In this document: piece after piece, positions 1 to 8,600 of the stretch
Layout: each line of letters starts with the position of its first letter
Position numbering within the stretch: position 1 is the first letter of the stretch
NCBI GenBank assembly: GCA_947589655.1
Contig: CANQCE010000001.1
Coordinates: forward strand, 1 to 46,347
Reading direction: 5' to 3'
Source: an uncultured Clostridia bacterium
Lineage (GTDB): Bacteria > Bacillota > Clostridia > Christensenellales > UBA1242
DNA length: 46,347 nt
The notes under the pieces: model-generated
Database searches by the model: none
What the model was told of the DNA's origin: nothing
Seen by the model: only the letters and a program-made list of their open reading frames with translations
Program-made: the position numbers and the translations under genes

Positions 1-622
1 GCGAAACTCTTTTTTCTTGTCCGCCCTCCAAAATCACGGCAAACTCTGGCTGCATCTGCGCCAGCATGGATATTGCCCTGCGCGTTCTATCCACAGCAAG
101 CCCTTCAAAAATTTTGCCAATGCCATACAGAGCAATGACCATAAGCCCTTCAAGATGCTCGCTGACAAACGTTGCACCCACCACAGAGATTGTAAGCAAC
201 AAGTTCTCGTTGATTATGCCGCGAAAAAGTTGCGTGATTGCTTTGTAATAAGTTTTGTATCCCAAAATGAGTGTCGAGGCAACATACAATGTCCAATACG
301 CCCATGTTGGCATTTTGACGAAAAATATAATTAAGCCAATTGCAATGCCAACCGCAAGGCAGGCGATATCAAAGCATAGCCTTACCCTGTTTTTTGACAC
401 TTTTTCGGTCTTTTCATAGATTCTTGCTTGCGGCTCTAGTGTTTTTGTAAGTTCCACAATGTTTTGCAGCGCCGTTTCTGGACTGTCACTTTCAAAAGCA
501 AGTGTAGATTTAACAAAATCTATCTGCGCGTTTGAAACGCCGCTAAGTTTGTTAATTTCTTCTTGTAGCCCTCGTGCGCAATTTGGGCAATCCAGCCCCT
601 GAATTTTAACAACTTTTTTCAC
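1..622 (-). CDS. heavy-metal-translocating P-type ATPase, N-terminal part (5' end at 622, runs off the window edge)
   Basis: Not in the ORF track because it is truncated. The minus-strand frame is open from GTG at 622 to base 1. It translates to VKKVVKIQGLDCPNCARGLQEEINKLSGV..., an HMA-type CxxC metal-binding domain. Hydrophobic helices follow, then ENLLLTISVVGATFVSEHLEGLMVIALYGIGKIFEGLAVDRTRRAISMLAQMQPEFAVIL, typical of CadA/ZntA-type pumps. The start overlaps the upstream regulator's stop (GTGA). Confidence 0.8.
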   Translation of the reverse strand, partial: MKKVVKIQGLDCPNCARGLQEEINKLSGVSNAQIDFVKSTLAFESDSPETALQNIVELTKTLEPQARIYEKTEKVSKNRVRLCFDIACLAVGIAIGLIIFFVKMPTWAYWTLYVASTLILGYKTYYKAITQLFRGIINENLLLTISVVGATFVSEHLEGLMVIALYGIGKIFEGLAVDRTRRAISMLAQMQPEFAVILEGGQEKRVS

Positions 623-987
623 TTTTTCGCCTCCAAAATGTGCGTTTTGCAAAGTTTAAACACCTGCAAAACATGACTATCATCAAGGCTATACCAAACC
701 TCTTTTCCGCTTTTGCGCCCTTTTATAAGTTTCATCTCTTTTAAATTTTGCAGTTGATGCGAAACCGCCGATTTTGTCATGTTGAGAATTGCCGAAATAT
801 CACAAACGCACAGTTCATGCCTGCAAAGCAAGTTGATAATTTTCAATCTTGTGCTGTCCGAAAGTGCCTTGTAAAAATCTGCCATGTCCAAAAGCAAATC
901 TTCTTCCAGCATATCTTTTTGCGCCAACGCCACATTGTCTTCATGTATAACGTTGCAGTCGCACGCCCCACATTTACATCTGGTCAT
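619..987 (-). CDS. ArsR/SmtB-family metal-sensing transcriptional repressor (CadC-like)
   Basis: Winged-HTH signature LSDSTRLKIINLLCRHELCVCDISAILNMTKSAVSHQLQNLKEMKLIKGRKSGKEVWYSL. The N-terminus is Cys-rich (MTRCKCGACDCNV). The ATG at 987 follows AGGAGG (991-996), so it is preferred over the longer ORF start at 1041. Confidence 0.85.
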   Translation of the reverse strand: MTRCKCGACDCNVIHEDNVALAQKDMLEEDLLLDMADFYKALSDSTRLKIINLLCRHELCVCDISAILNMTKSAVSHQLQNLKEMKLIKGRKSGKEVWYSLDDSHVLQVFKLCKTHILEAKK

Positions 988-1048
988 TTTTCCTCCTAAT
1001 ATAATGCTTGTCAAAATCATATTTGTTGAAGAATTTATCAACCATTTT

Positions 1049-1070
1049 TAGTTGAATAATTGTTCAACTA
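1049..1070. promoter_or_regulatory. inverted-repeat operator 1 (TAGTTGAAtaattgTTCAACTA), probable ArsR/SmtB binding site
   Basis: Perfect 8-6-8 palindrome directly upstream of the ArsR-family gene. The TGAA...TTCA core resembles SmtB/CadC-type 12-2-12 operators. Confidence 0.5.
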
Positions 1071-1079
1071 TTATCAGTA

Positions 1080-1100
1080 TAGTTGAATAACCGTTCAACT
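1080..1100. promoter_or_regulatory. inverted-repeat operator 2 (TAGTTGAAtaaccgTTCAACT), second copy of the same site
   Basis: Near-identical copy of the 1049-1070 palindrome, placed 31 bp further upstream. Confidence 0.5.
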
Positions 1101-1215
1101 GTCAAGCAAATAATAAAAAAACTTGAAAATTTTTCAAGTTAAAATGCAAATTTTTAAAATGACAATTTTGGCGGCTTTTACATATTTATTAAAGAAAAAT
1201 AAATTCGGAGGAAAT

Positions 1216-1809
1216 ATGAGCAAAATGAAATTTGTTGCAGGTGACGAGCAGGGTCCACGCACTTTTGCACAAAGAATTTTTCATAAATTGGAAGACTTGC
1301 CACTGGAAACAAACACCAGAGGCAAGATGTTCTTCTGCTCTGGCGAGCAGACACCAGAAGATGTTTTTTCGCCAGCGGTGAAAGAACAAAAGAAGGTCAA
1401 ATCTGCGGCATCAGAGCAAAATAGCGGCGAGCAGGCAGAGAAAATTTACTCGCAAATGCAGGCGCTTGACGGTTTGTATGAAAATTTGCAGCGGTTAAAC
1501 GCAGAAACAAGGGACGATTTTAGAGAACTTCGCCAAGAACTTGAAATTGTCACCTTTGCAATGGGACGGATTGCACAAAATCTTTCACGCCCACGCCGCC
1601 CAAATCCGCCGCAAAATCTGCCACCAATAAGAGATTTTTGCCAAGGGCTTGTTTTTACAAACAGATATTTGCGTGATATTTTGTGGAATTTGCGTGTGCT
1701 GATGCGTTCTGTAAACAATCAAAACACACAACTGCAACTTTTTATAATCTACACAACTCTGTCCGCCCAGCGTCAGCAACTGGCCGAAATGCAAGCCAAC
1801 TGCCGATAA
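1216..1809 (+). CDS. hypothetical protein (coiled-coil centre, Pro-rich RPRRPNPPQNLPP segment)
   Basis: The ORF-track ORF is 1123-1809. The ATG at 1216 follows GGAGG (1206-1210) and is the likely start. No recognisable family motif. A hairpin terminator follows. Confidence 0.55.
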   Translation: MSKMKFVAGDEQGPRTFAQRIFHKLEDLPLETNTRGKMFFCSGEQTPEDVFSPAVKEQKKVKSAASEQNSGEQAEKIYSQMQALDGLYENLQRLNAETRDDFRELRQELEIVTFAMGRIAQNLSRPRRPNPPQNLPPIRDFCQGLVFTNRYLRDILWNLRVLMRSVNNQNTQLQLFIIYTTLSAQRQQLAEMQANCR

Positions 1810-1846
1810 AAAAGCACCTCGCAAAAGAGGTGTTTTTCTGTTTTTT
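1810..1846. terminator. bidirectional rho-independent terminator
   Basis: Stem CACCTC (1815-1820) / GAGGTG (1827-1832), flanked by an A-run and a T-run. It lies between convergent genes. Confidence 0.7.
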
Positions 1847-1848
1847 AA

Positions 1849-3102
1849 CTAAGCCTTTTTAACTCTGCCAAGGGTATTGTTGTCCGATTTTCTATCTTGC
1901 AACTCTTTTACAGGGTTTGCCTTGGTTTCAAAGCGATAGTCTTGCCCAAATTGGCTGATATGTTCCTCAACGATAACGTGCCCTGCCTCCTCGTTTGGCT
2001 TTGTGTTGACCTTGTTTTGATATTTAAAGAAGTTTGCCGTGCTTGGAACATCGTTCACATCCACATACCCCTCGCGATAGGCGGTGTTTTCCACTGTGCC
2101 ACGCAAAATTTTGCGGATATACTCTGTGTTGCTCTTGAACGAAATAAGTTCTGGGAACTCTGCCTCTGGGATGACGTCTTGCCAATCTTTTTTCTCATAT
2201 TTTCGCAAATTTTCAAGCGATGCATGAAGATGCGCAATCTCTTGCTCAAAAAACCTTTCCCAGATTTTCTTGACATTTGGGTCGCTTTCATCACTGAGCA
2301 TGGAATAATACAGATAACATTCAATATATTCATGCATAAGGCACATTTCAAACCAACTTGGGTTTGGGTCGATAAGGCTGCCATATTGTGAAACATGCTG
2401 TTCTTCAACCATGCCAATTTCGGTGTAAAGTTCTCTGCCCTTTTGGTTCTTGTAGAATGCGCCAAGGTTCATATAATAGTTCATGGTCTGCTGCTCAGCG
2501 GCAGTGATGATGCTCACTGCGCATTTTGTGAACGAATCCGCCTTTTTGTTGTTGATTGGTTGCCTCACGCTGTCATATGGGTGGCGATGATGCGAAATTG
2601 TTGGTCTGCCTGGCGTAATTTCGGTGTAATCGCCCACATAATCCTCCGCCTTTGCGCCCATATCGGTCTCTAAAAGGTTGGAATAGCGATAGAGGTGGTC
2701 AAAATCCTCCAAAAGTGCAAAATCCAGCGCTTCCTTCACATGCTTGTCCTTCACATGCTGCGCCAAAAAAGCAGTGAGGTCCACGGCAAGTTGTTCGTAG
2801 CCGATTGTGGTTTCCAACAAATTTTCGTCAAGCGGTTTTAACCCTGCAATCACCTTTTGTTGCTGCTGTTCACTGCGGCGGACAAGTGCCAGTTTTCTTC
2901 GCAAATCGTTATCCAAACAATTCCTGTGGAATTGGTGCGAGAACCAAACTGCCTCATATTCGGTGCCGTTCATCAAAATGCAGCGCACGCGTGTGTAAGG
3001 GCTGCTGCCAAACTTTTGATAAGGCTTGGGTGCCAAATCCTTCCAATCCATGATTATGCTTTCTAATTTCTTTGGTTTTTCCAAAAACGGATTAACTTTC
3101 AT
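1849..3102 (-). CDS. ferritin-like diiron-carboxylate domain protein, function unknown
   Basis: 417-aa ORF with the ordered pattern E (GYEQLAVDL), DxxH (LEDFDHLYRY), E (ITAAEQQTMNYY) and ExxH (MVEEQHVSQYG). This is the E/ExxH/E/ExxH layout of four-helix-bundle diiron proteins. About 100 aa flank the core at each end with no recognisable motif. Confidence 0.5.
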   Translation of the reverse strand: MKVNPFLEKPKKLESIIMDWKDLAPKPYQKFGSSPYTRVRCILMNGTEYEAVWFSHQFHRNCLDNDLRRKLALVRRSEQQQQKVIAGLKPLDENLLETTIGYEQLAVDLTAFLAQHVKDKHVKEALDFALLEDFDHLYRYSNLLETDMGAKAEDYVGDYTEITPGRPTISHHRHPYDSVRQPINNKKADSFTKCAVSIITAAEQQTMNYYMNLGAFYKNQKGRELYTEIGMVEEQHVSQYGSLIDPNPSWFEMCLMHEYIECYLYYSMLSDESDPNVKKIWERFFEQEIAHLHASLENLRKYEKKDWQDVIPEAEFPELISFKSNTEYIRKILRGTVENTAYREGYVDVNDVPSTANFFKYQNKVNTKPNEEAGHVIVEEHISQFGQDYRFETKANPVKELQDRKSDNNTLGRVKKA

Positions 3103-3206
3103 ATTTTTCCTCCACCAATCTATTTTTTACACAGAAAAAAAGTTTTATTCTTAAAAAACGATTGCAATATTTAAAATTCTACGCTAAAATAACTTTGAGG
3201 TGGATT

Positions 3207-4118
3207 ATGATTCTTGGAGGAAAAGAAATTGCAGAGCAAATAAAAAGTGACGTGGCAAGGCGTGTGCAAGAAGAATATGCCAGCAAAAACCTGCCAGTCC
3301 CTCGCCTGGCGTGCATAATTGTGGGAGACAATAAAGCCAGCGAGGTGTATGTTCGTCAAAAAAAGAACGCCTGCGAAAAATGTGGGATTGATTCCCTTAT
3401 TTTAACTTTGCCAGAAGAAACCGACAAAACTGAACTTATAAAACTTATAAAAAAACTTAATGGCGACAGCCGTGTTTCTGGCATTTTGGTGCAATTGCCG
3501 CTGCCAGAGCATTTGAAAAAGAATGAAAAAGAAATAATCAACACCATTTCGCCTGCCAAAGATGTTGACGGTTTAACAGCCGAAAATTTGGGCAAACTTG
3601 TTTCAAACACCAACAAAATTGCCCCTTGCACAGCCACAGGCGTTATGGAACTTTTAAAAACCACAGGAGTTTCTTTGGAGGGCAAAAAGGCTTGCGTGAT
3701 AGGCAGAAGCGAACTTGTGGGCAAAAGTTCTGCCCTGCTGCTTACAAATGCAAACGCAACAGTAACGTTGTGCCACAGCAAAACAAAAAACCTGAAAGAT
3801 GAAGTTTCGCAAGCAGATATTGTTGTTGTGGCGGTTGGAAAGCCAAAAATGATAACCGCTGATTACATAAAACAAGGCGCCATTGTTATTGATGTTGGAA
3901 TAAGCCGCACGCCGCAAGGGCTTGTTGGAGATGTTGACTTTGAAAATGTTAAAGACAAATGCTCTTACATCACGCCTGTTCCCGGTGGCGTTGGGCCATT
4001 GACTGTTGCATACCTTATGCAAAACACGCTTACGCTTCATGAACTCGCACAAGAAAAATCTTGCGGAAAACACACTTCAACCCATAGGGGAACTAAAAAT
4101 GGCAACTACTTATTATAA
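3207..4118 (+). CDS. folD: bifunctional 5,10-methylene-tetrahydrofolate dehydrogenase / methenyl-THF cyclohydrolase
   Basis: Motifs IIVGDNKASEVYVRQK, GILVQLPLPEHL, DVDG, PCTATGVMELL, VIGRSELVGKSSALLL, TVTLCHSKTKNL and PVPGGVGPLTVAYLMQNT. The start is chosen at MILGGKEIAEQIK (ATG 3207). Confidence 0.92.
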   Translation: MILGGKEIAEQIKSDVARRVQEEYASKNLPVPRLACIIVGDNKASEVYVRQKKNACEKCGIDSLILTLPEETDKTELIKLIKKLNGDSRVSGILVQLPLPEHLKKNEKEIINTISPAKDVDGLTAENLGKLVSNTNKIAPCTATGVMELLKTTGVSLEGKKACVIGRSELVGKSSALLLTNANATVTLCHSKTKNLKDEVSQADIVVVAVGKPKMITADYIKQGAIVIDVGISRTPQGLVGDVDFENVKDKCSYITPVPGGVGPLTVAYLMQNTLTLHELAQEKSCGKHTSTHRGTKNGNYLL

Positions 4119-4701
4119 AACTTTTGATTATTACAACCTGCAACCATCTGGCAGGCTGCACATGATAACCAATTTTAAAAGTATGCTGCAATCCACAGAT
4201 GTCACCTGCGGCCCTGCTTGTGCCATTATGGTTTTAAATTATCTTGGCGAAGCGGCACCCAGTGAAGAAGAAATGGCAAAACTTTGCAAAACAAGAAGGG
4301 TTCTGGGCACTCGGCTGAAAGATTTGATTGCTGGCATTAAAAAAGTGACGGCTCTTAAAGTGGTTTCGTCTTATAACACAAAAAACAAGAACGGAATTTC
4401 GTTTGAAACTTATCAGGATTTTAAAAATTTTGCCATTGCAAGCATAGACAAAAACATCCCAACCATTTTGGAAAATTGTGAATATGGTGGGCATTATCAA
4501 GTGCTAATTGGTTTTGATGAAGTAAACCCAAAAAATCCTGAAGAAGACATTTTGATTTTTGCCGACCCAAGCGATTTTTATGACGGCAAAAGAGATGGCT
4601 ACTTATACACATCGGCGGAAAGGTTTTATTATATGTGGTTTGATTATCGCTGCATGGAAAGGGCGGCAAGGTTTCGGGGCTATTTACAAATTTTAAAATA
4701 A
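4099..4701 (+). CDS. stand-alone papain-fold cysteine peptidase, C39-like family
   Basis: Candidate catalytic Cys in QSTDVTCGPACAIMVLNYLG, His in GGHYQVLIGFD and Asp in IFADPSD. The ATG at 4099 follows AGGGGA. No signal peptide and no ABC-transporter fusion. Its start overlaps the folD 3' end by 20 nt. Confidence 0.55.
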   Translation: MATTYYKTFDYYNLQPSGRLHMITNFKSMLQSTDVTCGPACAIMVLNYLGEAAPSEEEMAKLCKTRRVLGTRLKDLIAGIKKVTALKVVSSYNTKNKNGISFETYQDFKNFAIASIDKNIPTILENCEYGGHYQVLIGFDEVNPKNPEEDILIFADPSDFYDGKRDGYLYTSAERFYYMWFDYRCMERAARFRGYLQILK

Positions 4702-4704
4702 ATT

Positions 4705-4728
4705 TCACGCTTTAAGCGTGATTTTTTA
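4705..4728. terminator. hairpin terminator between convergent genes
   Basis: Stem TCACGCT (4705-4711), loop tta, stem AGCGTGA (4715-4721), then TTTTTT. The hairpin includes the stop codon of the minus-strand lipoprotein gene. Confidence 0.55.
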
Positions 4729-5575
4729 TTTGAAACTTGCTTTTTTCTTTGCGATTTTTCATTGCAATATACAAAATCCCCATAACTGCAAAAGTGACAA
4801 TAATGGCGGTCAAATACCAAATTGGCGTGTTTGGATAAGATACATAAAAAGTTATGGTGCTGTCGCTTTCAATCTCTTGCAAACTTCGTATAAAAACGTT
4901 GTGGCGGAAATTGTTGTCGTCATAATACAATTCCGATTTCAGCGTTTTTTGGGTGTGAGCATAATCGTAAATGAAAATGCTTTTGTCCAGCATTGAAAGA
5001 ATATCTGCCTGATTTTGGTCTGCCACATTGCACCATGCAGAAATTGCCATGCTGTTTATTTGTTTCAAGTTCTCCGCCGCCGCTTTGGATGAAACTGGAA
5101 AGTTGGTTTTCATTTGCATTTTGCGAAAGAAAAATCCTGTTGTTTTTGTGCGGCTTTCTTCTTTTTCGTATTCTTGTTCAGAAGTGACATTAAAGAACCT
5201 ATTTTGGGCATCAACATCGTCAAAGATAACAGAGAAGCCCAGCCCATCCACATCGGTGAAATAAGTAACATTGCCCACGCTGCTGCCCACCGTTTGCCTT
5301 TGCCTATATTGCTGCGCCAAAGCCCCTATATAAAGCGAAAGATAAAATCTGTAGGTGCGTATTTCGTTTTCGTTAAAGCCCTTTGCCTGCATAATTTCGG
5401 TGTTGACTGGGAAAACATACGATAGCCCTATTTTGCCAGAACTATCCACTTGGCGAATTATTCTAAAAGCATTTTTTTCGGCTATTAAATTTTCTTTTTC
5501 GGTTCCCCGCGAACAGCCTGCAAGCGACAAAACTAAACAAAGGCAAAGAAAAAGAGCATAAAAGGTTTTCTTCAT
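4712..5575 (-). CDS. lipoprotein with C-terminal transmembrane helix, function unknown
   Basis: Lipoprotein signal peptide MKKTFYALFLCLCLVLSLAGC (lipobox LAGC) and a C-terminal TM segment IWYLTAIIVTFAVMGILYIAM. It lies 36 nt downstream of the giant gene on the same strand, so it is probably co-transcribed. Confidence 0.75.
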   Translation of the reverse strand: MKKTFYALFLCLCLVLSLAGCSRGTEKENLIAEKNAFRIIRQVDSSGKIGLSYVFPVNTEIMQAKGFNENEIRTYRFYLSLYIGALAQQYRQRQTVGSSVGNVTYFTDVDGLGFSVIFDDVDAQNRFFNVTSEQEYEKEESRTKTTGFFFRKMQMKTNFPVSSKAAAENLKQINSMAISAWCNVADQNQADILSMLDKSIFIYDYAHTQKTLKSELYYDDNNFRHNVFIRSLQEIESDSTITFYVSYPNTPIWYLTAIIVTFAVMGILYIAMKNRKEKSKFQIKNHA

Positions 5576-5611
5576 AACCTATTTATACTCTTTTTTTAAT
5601 GCGTTTATTCT

Positions 5612-8600
5612 TTAATTGCCTGCTGAAATAACCGCATATATCCCTGCATCTGTTTTGTGAACGTTTGTCAATTTGGATGCATCATATTGGAATTCTCCGT
5701 TGTTCTTGTTTGTTTGTTGGTTAGACATATTTTGCCCCAAACATGCAATGCCAGCAACATAACACTGCAAACTGTTCTCGTCTGGAACAACAATTACAAT
5801 GTCCATGTTGTTTGTGCAATCACTCAAAGTGGCCTCACTGCCGTTTGTCACAGCGATGCCAGAAAGTTGCATTGCACCAAAACTCTTTTTGAAAGTGACT
5901 TGAATTTTGTCAACATTTGGCTCTGGCTCACTTTCTTCTCTCTGCTTGCCTGCCGTACAACTTGTAACGCTGGCATAATTTGTGTAAACAATTCCGCCAA
6001 CAAAGATAAGCTGGGCGGAGTTGTTGTCATCAATTTCAATGGACGTTTTCACAGAACAACCTGTAATTTTTGCATTGCCAGAGTTGATGCTTACAACCCC
6101 AGAATAAGCCATTGCCGTTCTGCTATCGCCGCCCGCGCCTGTATCGCCATAAAACTTGTTTTCAAAACTGGTAAGGTTTACGTTTTGCACCGTGCCGCTG
6201 TTTGTTATGGCCAAGCCAGAAATTAATGCATGATTGGAAATTTTTACAAACTCCCCACTGCCTTCCTTTCCAAATTTAATGCTTAAATTCAAATCTTTAA
6301 TAACGCCGTTGTTGCCAATGGCCCCGAACAATGCCGAGCCTTGTGTGTATGTTAAAGTTGTTATTTGTGTGCTTAACTTAACAGCGGTATCTTTACTGGC
6401 AATAGTGATGTCGCCACCTGTTCTGGCAAGTTCTTCTGTTTTGGATGATACATATTTCAAGGTTTGGTTGTTGCCGTCAAGTTCGCCGTTAAATGTGCCT
6501 TCAAACAAAATTCCTTCTATGTCATGCAAATCAATTTCTTCACTGTCATCCGCAATTTTAAAATAATATTTGTCAGTTTCCGTTCCGCTCACATAGCCTT
6601 CTGCGCTGTCGGCTTGCTGAGTATATTTGTTTAAATATTCATCTTTGCTCATTCTGTAAATAATGTTTTTAAATTGCTCTGCGGTTTTTATAATATATTG
6701 GTCGTTTTGTGTTCCCTCGCCACTTTCAAAAAGCCCAAAATCAACCTGTTCGCTATCAAGTTCTTCCGATTCCAAACTTATGTTGTTAAGTTTAATGCGG
6801 ATTGTTATGGAAACCCTCCCAATGATTGTTGGGCGGAAAACCCTATCGGTTGTTGTGTAAATTCTCACTGTTGGGGTTGCAGAATTGCCGTCTGCGGTTT
6901 TTTCGTTATAAGTTGCTTTAACAACAAATTCTGGTTTTTGCAACAATTTTGTTTCAATTTCAAAATATTCATTTTGAAGCAATATAATTATCTTGTCCGT
7001 TTGTTCATCCACAATTTCAAACAAGTCGGTCATGCCCAGAGCCTTTGTTACTGGGTTTTCGCCTTCCATCTCTTTAACAAATTCTGCTTTTAAACTGGAA
7101 TAGCGAATGTAATAAATTCCATCCCCATCGCCGTCTGAAGCTTGATACAAAATTTTTGCATAGGAACCGTTTCCTTCAACTTGTATAATTTCTTGAACAG
7201 TCACCTCTGTGCCTTTTTCAATGGTTGTTTCCGCTGTTTCCTCTAAATTTTGGTCTGTGTAAAGAGTCGTGTTGTCTTGAACAGTGTAGCGCAGCTTCAT
7301 TTTGTTCGCCGTGGTAGCCGATTTTAACGAGTTTTTATTAAAGTTCCATGTGAACTCGCCTGCTTGCGAATTCCAAGTTATACTCTGTCCTCCCTCCCAG
7401 CCAGAGCGTTGAAGCACAAAGTTTTCGCTTGTGTCGCTGGCAAGAGTTGAACCACCCTCTCTTGAAACAACAAATGTTACACTTGCACTTGCGTTGTCGC
7501 CAATAACAATATAGTCTCTAATATTTTGGTCGTCTTTTGTTGTGTGAACATAGTTGTCGCCGTTAGTTGCTTGTATGGCCGCTTGTTCTGCTTGCAAAAT
7601 ATAGAATTTGCTTGCACTGCTTGTGAACACAACTTGTTTTTGCTCATCTTGCAATGTAAAGGTTGCCGTTATTTTGTTTTGTTCGTTGCCTTCGATTTTG
7701 AAATATTCTTCAAAACTTAAAGTTTCTCGTTGAACGTCATAATTTGGTTCAAATGTATAATCCCCAAGGACAATTTTTGCAAGTTTGGTTATCTCTTGTG
7801 AACTTGTCACCGTAAACGAATTTACAACGTCATCAGCGTTGGCGGTGCCTTTTGTGGTTGTAACGCTTATGTTGTATGTGCCTTCCTTCATAGCCCCCGG
7901 CTGTTCGGTAAAGATGATTGTGTATGTTCCATTTTCAAGCGAAACTGTAAAGTCGCCTTCAATAACATTTTTGTCGTCATCTTTAACAATAAATCCGTAT
8001 TTTTCTTTAAAGTTTTCGGCTGGGGCGCTTGCATCACTTGGTGTGAATGTCCAGCTTAATTTGCCGTCAGTTATGCCTATATCTTGGTTGACCGACTCCA
8101 GCCTTGTTATGCCATCTTTGCTTGCACCATTGCCCATAAACACATGGCCGTCTGCCACAAACGAAACATCGCCACCAGCGTATCCACCTTCAACAAGGGT
8201 GATGTCCCCTTCGCTTTGTGTATCGTGAAGATATAGTGCCAACGCCTGAACAGTTGCTCTATACTTAACACCTTGCTGACTGTCCGCATCGTTTTTCTTC
8301 ATGTCGGAGAAGTCGAAATATGTGTTTGCGGTGTAATATGTGTCATAAGGGTCGCTGCCGATGTGTGGATATTGTTCGCCGTCAACAGTGTAAGATGTTA
8401 TATATCTTTCCACCACAACTCTGTAAATGATTTTTGCCTCTTTAGGCACTTCAATGAGTTGTCCGTCAACGGTTCTGCCTGTGACCGCATCCCATTTTAA
8501 CAATCCGTCTTCAAGGAGTAAGTTGTCTTTGTTAACGGCGTCCAAAGTTCCGCCCGATATTGTGCTTTGCTTGCTGCTGGCTGTTATATATTGTTTTGTT

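Noticed and set aside
17-334. Plus-strand ORFs 17-334 and 66-248
   Set aside because: They lie antisense to a clearly recognisable P-type ATPase reading frame (HMA domain plus TM helices). They have no RBS and no recognisable motifs. They are shadow ORFs.
1123-1215. N-terminal extension of the ORF 1123-1809 (MKIFQVKMQIFKM...)
   Set aside because: The extension covers the palindrome and promoter-like AT-rich DNA and has no RBS. The internal ATG at 1216 has a GGAGG at ideal spacing.
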